64,000 nucleotides of DNA from assembly GCF_022771645.1 (NCBI RefSeq), contig NZ_JALFCU010000080.1:26495-90494 (forward strand). The letters are read 5' to 3'. Position 1 is the first letter of the stretch. Every line of letters starts with the position of its first letter. This DNA comes from Selenomonas sp. Lineage in GTDB: Bacteria > Bacillota > Negativicutes > Selenomonadales > Selenomonadaceae. Below the pieces are notes generated by a model. That model did not search any database and was not told the DNA's origin. It was given only the letters and a program-made list of their open reading frames with translations. The position numbers were made by a program, and so were the translations under genes. Of this stretch, positions 58,896-64,000 are shown one piece after another.

Positions 58896-60086
58896 TCAGT
58901 GGTTCGCCATCGTGTAGATGTCGTTAACGGCTTTCCAGTCGAGCGGGTGGAAGCAGCCGACGGTCTTCGTGCCTTTCGCCGTGACGAGGTCGGAGAGGTC
59001 GTGGATCGTCGTGTCTTTCAGGATGCCGCTCGGGAGTTCGCTGAGGCTCGTCGGCATGCCGATCTCGCGGAAGAACGCGACCTGGCGGTAGATGCCTCCC
59101 TCTGCTTTCGCGCGGTCGTCGCCGAAGTCCTTCGGCACGTCCCAGACGGCCTCGGCGAAGTGCGCGAAACGCGCGAGGTCGTCCTCGTGGACGTACTCGG
59201 CCCACGCGCCCCAGACGGCCGTGAGGCTCTCGCCGTGCGTCGTGTTGAATTTCGCGCTGAGCGCGTGGCCGAGCTTGTGGCAGGAAAAATCTTTTTTGCG
59301 GCCGAGCTCCGTGAGGTTGCAGTGCGAGACGCTGCCAGCCCACATGATCTCGCTCATGGCGTCATAGTTCGTCGGGTCTTTGATGGCGACGCGGGCGCTG
59401 GCGACGACGTCTTTGAGCAGGCTTTCCGCGATGAGGTCCGTCAGGCGGTTCGGCTCCTTGACGTCGGTGAAATAGCGCTCGAGCGTGTGCATGAGGATGT
59501 CGCTGATGCCGGCGACGAGCTGCTTCTGCGGCACGGTGTACGTGAGCTCCGGGTTCAGGAACGCGAGCGTCGGGCGGTTGAACGGCGTGTTGATGCCGCC
59601 TTTGATCCCCATCTCCTCGTTCGTGAGGACGGCGCTGTCGCTCGTCTCGCTGCCGGCGGCCGCGAGCGTGAGGACGACGGCGACGGGCGTGGATGCTTCG
59701 AGCTTCGCGCGGCCGGACCAGAAATCCCAGATGTCGGTCTTCGGATTCGCGACGCCGTGCGCAATGGCTTTCGCCGTGTCGATGACGGAGCCGCCGCCGA
59801 CGGCGAGGATGAAGTCGGCATGGAACGCGATGGCCTCGCGCACGCCTTCGCGCGCGTGGGAGACGAGCGGGTTCGGCTGCACGCCACCACGCACGGTGAA
59901 CGCGATGCCGGCCTCCGTCAGCGTGCGCTCGACGCGCGCGAGCAGGCCGGAGCGGACGACGGAGCCGCCGCCGTAGACGATAAAGACGTGCGTGCCGCCG
60001 TATTCCTTGATCTTCTTGCCGACCTGTTCCTCAGCGCCACGGCCGAATGTGATGTCGGTCGGGCATTTGAATGTAAAGTTTTGCAT
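58896..60086 (-). CDS. Iron-containing (group III) alcohol dehydrogenase, butanol-dehydrogenase-like
   Basis: MQNFTFKCPTDITFGRGAEEQVG...FILAVGGGSVIDTAKAIA...HKLGHALS matches the family. Start trimmed to the ATG at 60086, after GGAGGGA. Confidence 0.85.
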   Translation of the reverse strand: MQNFTFKCPTDITFGRGAEEQVGKKIKEYGGTHVFIVYGGGSVVRSGLLARVERTLTEAGIAFTVRGGVQPNPLVSHAREGVREAIAFHADFILAVGGGSVIDTAKAIAHGVANPKTDIWDFWSGRAKLEASTPVAVVLTLAAAGSETSDSAVLTNEEMGIKGGINTPFNRPTLAFLNPELTYTVPQKQLVAGISDILMHTLERYFTDVKEPNRLTDLIAESLLKDVVASARVAIKDPTNYDAMSEIMWAGSVSHCNLTELGRKKDFSCHKLGHALSAKFNTTHGESLTAVWGAWAEYVHEDDLARFAHFAEAVWDVPKDFGDDRAKAEGGIYRQVAFFREIGMPTSLSELPSGILKDTTIHDLSDLVTAKGTKTVGCFHPLDWKAVNDIYTMANH

Positions 60087-60170
60087 GTGTATCCCTCCAC
60101 GGATCATATTGCGTGTGTGTATGACTGCGGCTGTCCCGTGCGGCCGCCGGATGATGCGAGTACATCTTCC

Positions 60171-61310
60171 TCACCCGATGGGACGGTAGATTTTTTCATA
60201 AAACGTCTCGAGCGGCATCGTCGCATAGCGCAGGCCCTCGACGAGGCTGATGATCGTCGGCAGCCCCGTCGCGCAGAACAGCACGTAGAGGATGCCGAGG
60301 CCGATGCGGCCCTGGTAAAAGCGATGGGCGCCGAACGTGCCGAGCAGGATGGCGAGCGCGCTCATGAGGATGCGCTGGCGGCGCACGTCCACCTGCAGCG
60401 GCACGGGGATGACCGTGAGCGCAGACGTCCCGCGCCGGACGAGATTCCGGCGACCGGCGCCGTTTTGCATGCCGTGCCCCTGCTCGCGCTGCCGCCGCCG
60501 CGCGAGGCGCTCCGGCCACGTCAACGGCTGCGGGCGGAAGACTTCGTCCGGCTTCGGCAGCGTGCTGCCGTCGAGGAACGTGCTGCCACCGTCTCCGCCG
60601 CTTCCGTTGCTTCCGTCGTTTCCGTCGTTTCCGTCGCCCTCGCCGCCTTCCGGCAGCGCTGGCGCTCCCTTGTCCTCGATGCCGTCAGCCGCAAGCGTCT
60701 GCTCCATGACGGCGAGCTCGGCGTTGACCTCGAGCAACTTGTCGGATAGCAGGTGCTCGAATTCAGACATGTACGCCTCGTCCATGGCCGCGAGCAGCTG
60801 GCGGATCTTCGCCTTTGTTTCCTCGACCTGCGGCGTCCCGACGCCCGTGCGCTCGAGCTCAGCGAATTCTTTCGCGAGCGCAGCCGTGCGGTCCTGGTAG
60901 TATGTGACGAACCGCCGCGCCACCAAGATTTTCTCGGGATGCGCGCCCATGTAGTCGAGGATGCGCGCAGAGACGGGCTGCAACGCCGCGAGCTCTTGCG
61001 CGAACGCCGCGTCCCGCAGGCCGCGCCGCACGCGGTCGATGGTGAGGTAATCCTGCTGCGCCTTTTCGTAGAGCTCAGCCACGAGTTCACGCTTCTCCTC
61101 GGGGAGCGCGGCGGTCGCTTCGCGCGGGAGCGCAGCCGTCCGCGTCTTGCCGTCCATGCCGCGAATGGCGAAGCGCAGCAGCGCGGGGATCATCGCGAAG
61201 ATCAGCGCGCCGCCAACGGCTGCGGACGCGCCGTCGAACCACGCGAAGAGCCCTGCGAGTCCAACGAAGAACAGCGACAGCGCTTCGAGCGCGCGTCGGA
61301 GGAATTTCAT
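60171..61310 (-). CDS. Membrane protein: XpaC-like (5-bromo-4-chloroindolyl phosphate hydrolysis) N-terminal region + Gly/Asp/Asn-rich linker + C-terminal TM2 domain
   Basis: Two N-terminal TMs precede a helical region (ELYEKAQQDYLTIDRVRRGL...). The C-terminus ALAILLGTFGAHRFYQGRIGLGILYVLF matches the TM2 motif. Confidence 0.55.
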   Translation of the reverse strand: MKFLRRALEALSLFFVGLAGLFAWFDGASAAVGGALIFAMIPALLRFAIRGMDGKTRTAALPREATAALPEEKRELVAELYEKAQQDYLTIDRVRRGLRDAAFAQELAALQPVSARILDYMGAHPEKILVARRFVTYYQDRTAALAKEFAELERTGVGTPQVEETKAKIRQLLAAMDEAYMSEFEHLLSDKLLEVNAELAVMEQTLAADGIEDKGAPALPEGGEGDGNDGNDGSNGSGGDGGSTFLDGSTLPKPDEVFRPQPLTWPERLARRRQREQGHGMQNGAGRRNLVRRGTSALTVIPVPLQVDVRRQRILMSALAILLGTFGAHRFYQGRIGLGILYVLFCATGLPTIISLVEGLRYATMPLETFYEKIYRPIG

Positions 61311-61507
61311 ACGATCACTTCCTTCGAAAATCTTTCTTCCATTTTACCACAAGACTGCGCCGCGTTGCATCTATTTCTCCCGCGCAAAAAAATTGCACCG
61401 CCGTCGCTCGTCCCATCACACAAAAAAACGACGCGCATGGTCATGCGCCGTCCTCTGTGTTATAATGGAATCAACAGATTTTCTTGCGTTCAAAAGGAGT
61501 GCAACGC

Positions 61508-63280
61508 GTGCATCCGATTCGAAAAATCATCAGCATCCTCCCGCGTCGGGAGCGTAAATATATCCTTCTGCTGCTCGTCCTCATGCTCATCGGCGGCAGC
61601 ATCGAGGCGTGCGGCATCGGCGGCATCCTGCCGCTGCTCTCCATCATCGGCGACGCGGCGTTCCTCTCGTCGCATCCGACGGTCGCGGCCGTGCTCGTGC
61701 CGCTCGGCGTGACGACGCACAAGAGCCTCATCATCGCGGCGGCGCTCGCGCTCATCTGCGTGTACATCGTGAAGGAATGTTTCCTCGCGCTCGAGACGCG
61801 CTATCAGACGGCGTTCGTCGCGCGCATGCAGTCGTTTTTCGCGCACCGCCTCATGGAGGTCTACCTCGCGAAGCCGTACATCTATCATGTGAACCACAAC
61901 ACGGCGGAGATCCTGCGCAACGTCGGCAGCGGCCCGGCCATCGTTTTCTCCGGCATCTGCATCCCGCTCTGCCAGTTCTTCACGGAGTCCATCACGGCGG
62001 CCATCATCTGCCTCATGCTCGTCTGCGTCGACCCGTCGGCGGCGGTCATCGTCGCGTCGGTGCTCGGCACGGCCGTGTTCCTCGTCATCCGCGTCTTCCG
62101 CCGGCGCGTCGCGCGGCGCGGCACGGTCGTCGCCGCAGCGCAGACGGAGTACACGAAGTGGCTGAACCAGGGCCTCGGCGCCGTGAAGGAGACGAAGATC
62201 CTCCACCGTGAGCGCTTTTTCGCGCAGGCGTACGGCGACGCGTACCGCACGTACGCGCGGTCGCAGGGCACGTTCACGTTCCTGAACCTCCTGCCGCGCC
62301 TCTTCATCGAGCTCGTCGTCGTCGGCGCGCTCGTGCTGCTCATCATCGTGAAAGCGGCCGGCGGCGCGGACCCGGCGTCCATCGTCTCGATCCTCGGCCT
62401 GCTCGCGCTCGCGGCGTTCCGCCTCATGCCGAGCGCGAACCGCATCATCGGCTATTACAACAACATCAAGTACCAGATGTCGTATTTCCACGCCATCTAC
62501 CCGGAGCTCCGCGAGATCCGCGCGGCGACGGACGCGGGGCGCGTGACGCTGTTCCCCGGCGCTGATGCGCCGCTGCCGTTCACGGACGCCATCCGCGTCG
62601 AGCATCTGTCGTTCCACTACCCCGAGGCGCCGGAGCAGGAGATCCTCGACGACGTGAGCTTTGCCATCCCGGCCGGGAAATTCGTCGGCATCGTCGGCCC
62701 GTCGGGCGCGGGCAAGACGACATTCGTCGACCTGCTGCTCGGCCTGCTGTCGCCGACGGGCGGCCGCATCACGGTCGACGGCGTCGACATCGCCGACCAC
62801 ATGCAGGCGTGGCAGGAAAACCTCGCCTACGTGCCGCAGAGCATCTATCTCATCGACGGCACCATCCTCGAAAATGTCGCACTCGGCCTGCCGAAAGAGG
62901 AGATCGACGAGCAGCGCGTCATCCGTGCGCTCCAGATGGCGGAGCTCTATGACTACGTCCAGACGATGAAAGACGGCATCCACACGTCCATCGGCGAGCG
63001 CGGCATCAAGCTCTCGGGCGGCCAGCAGCAGCGCATCGGCATCGCGCGTGCGCTGTACCAGGAGCCCACGATTCTCGTGCTCGACGAGGCGACGAGCGCG
63101 CTCGACAACGAGACGGAGCGCAGCATCACGGACACGATCCTCCATCTGAAAGGCCACATCACAATCCTTTCCATCGCGCATCGCCTCTCGACGCTCGAAG
63201 GCTGCGATCTCAAGATCCGTTTTGACTCCGGAGCAGGGACGATTGTCCCCCCCCCGAGAAATCAACGGAGCTCAGGATAG
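61508..63280 (+). CDS. ABC exporter, fused permease/ATPase (MsbA/polysaccharide-exporter-like)
   Basis: Six TM segments are followed by Walker A GPSGAGKTT, the signature LSGGQQQRIGIARAL and Walker B ILVLDEATSALD. GTG start at 61508, 8 nt after AAAGGAG. The promoter is TGtTATAAT at 61458-61466. Confidence 0.85.
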   Translation: MHPIRKIISILPRRERKYILLLLVLMLIGGSIEACGIGGILPLLSIIGDAAFLSSHPTVAAVLVPLGVTTHKSLIIAAALALICVYIVKECFLALETRYQTAFVARMQSFFAHRLMEVYLAKPYIYHVNHNTAEILRNVGSGPAIVFSGICIPLCQFFTESITAAIICLMLVCVDPSAAVIVASVLGTAVFLVIRVFRRRVARRGTVVAAAQTEYTKWLNQGLGAVKETKILHRERFFAQAYGDAYRTYARSQGTFTFLNLLPRLFIELVVVGALVLLIIVKAAGGADPASIVSILGLLALAAFRLMPSANRIIGYYNNIKYQMSYFHAIYPELREIRAATDAGRVTLFPGADAPLPFTDAIRVEHLSFHYPEAPEQEILDDVSFAIPAGKFVGIVGPSGAGKTTFVDLLLGLLSPTGGRITVDGVDIADHMQAWQENLAYVPQSIYLIDGTILENVALGLPKEEIDEQRVIRALQMAELYDYVQTMKDGIHTSIGERGIKLSGGQQQRIGIARALYQEPTILVLDEATSALDNETERSITDTILHLKGHITILSIAHRLSTLEGCDLKIRFDSGAGTIVPPPRNQRSSG

Positions 63281-63304
63281 CCGCACCTCCGACAGGAGGC
63301 GGCC

Positions 63305-64000
63305 ATGAATCCATTTCGGAGTGATTTTATGCAAATGCCCTTGCTCATCGCCGCCGACTGGCTCCTGGTCGTCTGCGCCGAGCAGCTCGCCTACTGGCTG
63401 CGGCGCGACGGCTTGCCCATCGCCGTGCCGACATTCCACATCCCCGACGTCTACCTCTACTTGATCGTCCCCGCCATCTTTCTCGTGTTCCTGCACGAGT
63501 CGCGGATGAAATTCCGCGCGTTCCCGCTTTGGAAAATGACGCAGGCCGTGTTCCACGCCGTCCTCTGGAGCGTGCTCGCCATCATCATGCTCATGTACTT
63601 CGGGCATGTCGCGCAGGTCGTCTCGCGCCTCTTCGTCGCGATGACCGGCGTGTTCGCGTTCCTGTTCCTCATCGCAGGACGCACGGCGCTCGCCGCGCTC
63701 CTCGACCGCTATCATCTGTTCGAAGTGCCCGTGCTGCTCGTCGGCGGCGGCGACGAGGCGGACGCCCTGCTCTCGACGCTCGCGGCGCACGGCGGCTGCG
63801 GCATGCACTGCATCGGCCTCGTCACGGACGCGCGCGTTCCGCAGAAAGCCGCCGCCCGCTGCGCCGTGCTCGGCCACCTCGCCGACCTCGAGCGCGTCAT
63901 CGGCGAGACCGGCATCCAGAACGTCCTCGTCACGGCGAGCGGCGCGGACTCGGACGAGCAGGTCCGCCTCGTCCGCCGCATCCAGCCGCTCGTCGAGAAC
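63305..64000 (+). CDS. Polyprenyl-phosphate glycosylphosphotransferase (WbaP/exopolysaccharide sugar transferase), N-terminal part (runs off the window)
   Basis: My translation gives MNPFRSDFMQMPLLIAADWLLVVCAEQLAYWLRR... (4 TM), then VLLVGGGDEADALLSTL...VLVTASG (CoA-binding-like Rossmann region), typical of this family. AGGAGG lies 5 nt upstream. No stop occurs before 64000. Confidence 0.65.
   Translation, partial: MNPFRSDFMQMPLLIAADWLLVVCAEQLAYWLRRDGLPIAVPTFHIPDVYLYLIVPAIFLVFLHESRMKFRAFPLWKMTQAVFHAVLWSVLAIIMLMYFGHVAQVVSRLFVAMTGVFAFLFLIAGRTALAALLDRYHLFEVPVLLVGGGDEADALLSTLAAHGGCGMHCIGLVTDARVPQKAAARCAVLGHLADLERVIGETGIQNVLVTASGADSDEQVRLVRRIQPLVEN

Noticed and set aside
61422-61452. Terminator-like hairpin with a T7 run on the minus strand between the XpaC-TM2 gene and the ABC exporter
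   Set aside because: No minus-strand gene lies upstream of it, since the neighbour is on the plus strand. It overlaps the -35 region of the ABC promoter. It may simply insulate divergent promoters, and there is not enough evidence for an sRNA.
1-64000. Search for rRNA, tRNA, tmRNA, integrase/transposase or prophage genes
   Set aside because: Every intergenic region longer than 100 nt was read on both strands. None shows tRNA-like T-arm or acceptor features or rRNA-like sequence. No ORF shows integrase or transposase motifs. A tRNAscan/Infernal run would be needed to exclude them formally.

Overview
High-GC (roughly 65-68% by eye) bacterial chromosomal window, almost entirely transcribed on the minus strand. 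Lipid A and LPS genes (lpxI, lpxA, fabZ, lpxC, heptose kinase) sit beside Firmicute-style features: strong GGAGG ribosome-binding sites, an Rnf complex, [FeFe]-hydrogenase parts and Fst-like toxin peptides. This suggests a diderm Firmicute (Negativicutes-like); that is inference only. All calls come from reading the supplied translations and the DNA by eye; no database search was run.

Main content:
- 1-6.1 kb: a lower-GC mosaic with a LicC/LicD surface-decoration cluster, a DUF4411(PIN-like)/ImmA pair and a 5'-truncated AAA/PD-(D/E)XK gene.
- 6.1-9.8 kb: lpxI-lpxA-fabZ-lpxC.
- 9.8-16.7 kb: a terminator-bounded two-gene module, a 1,896-aa P-loop ATPase giant protein plus a partner with an Rx4H HEPN motif. 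I cannot assign it to any named system, and it is my best candidate for something undescribed.
- About 7.0 kb and 17.7 kb: two inverted copies of a roughly 230-270-bp structured repeat.
- 19.0-20.8 kb: a sensory (HydS-type) [FeFe]-hydrogenase fused to GGDEF, with an orphan hydE at 27.4 kb.
- About 23.3 kb and 27.3 kb: two type-I toxin-antitoxin-like loci too small for the ORF track.
- 23.6-27.1 kb: a PepSY protein plus a two-component system with His/Met-rich loops.
- 30.4-49.2 kb: an 18.7-kb Ter supercluster in three transcription units. It holds the PRTase/ATP-grasp/HpcH/HAD biosynthetic module, five TerD-family genes, AIM24, a Ca2+ P-type ATPase, the TerY-PP2C-kinase triad, and TerC behind a yybP-ykoY Mn2+ riboswitch.
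- 49.4-64 kb: a dCache-GGDEF protein, an M48-TPR peptidase, rnfCDGEAB, a decayed Uma2 gene, an Fe-alcohol dehydrogenase, an XpaC-TM2 protein, an ABC exporter and a sugar transferase.

I saw no rRNA, tRNA, CRISPR array or transposase. Many long plus-strand ORFs in the track are antisense shadows typical of high-GC DNA.
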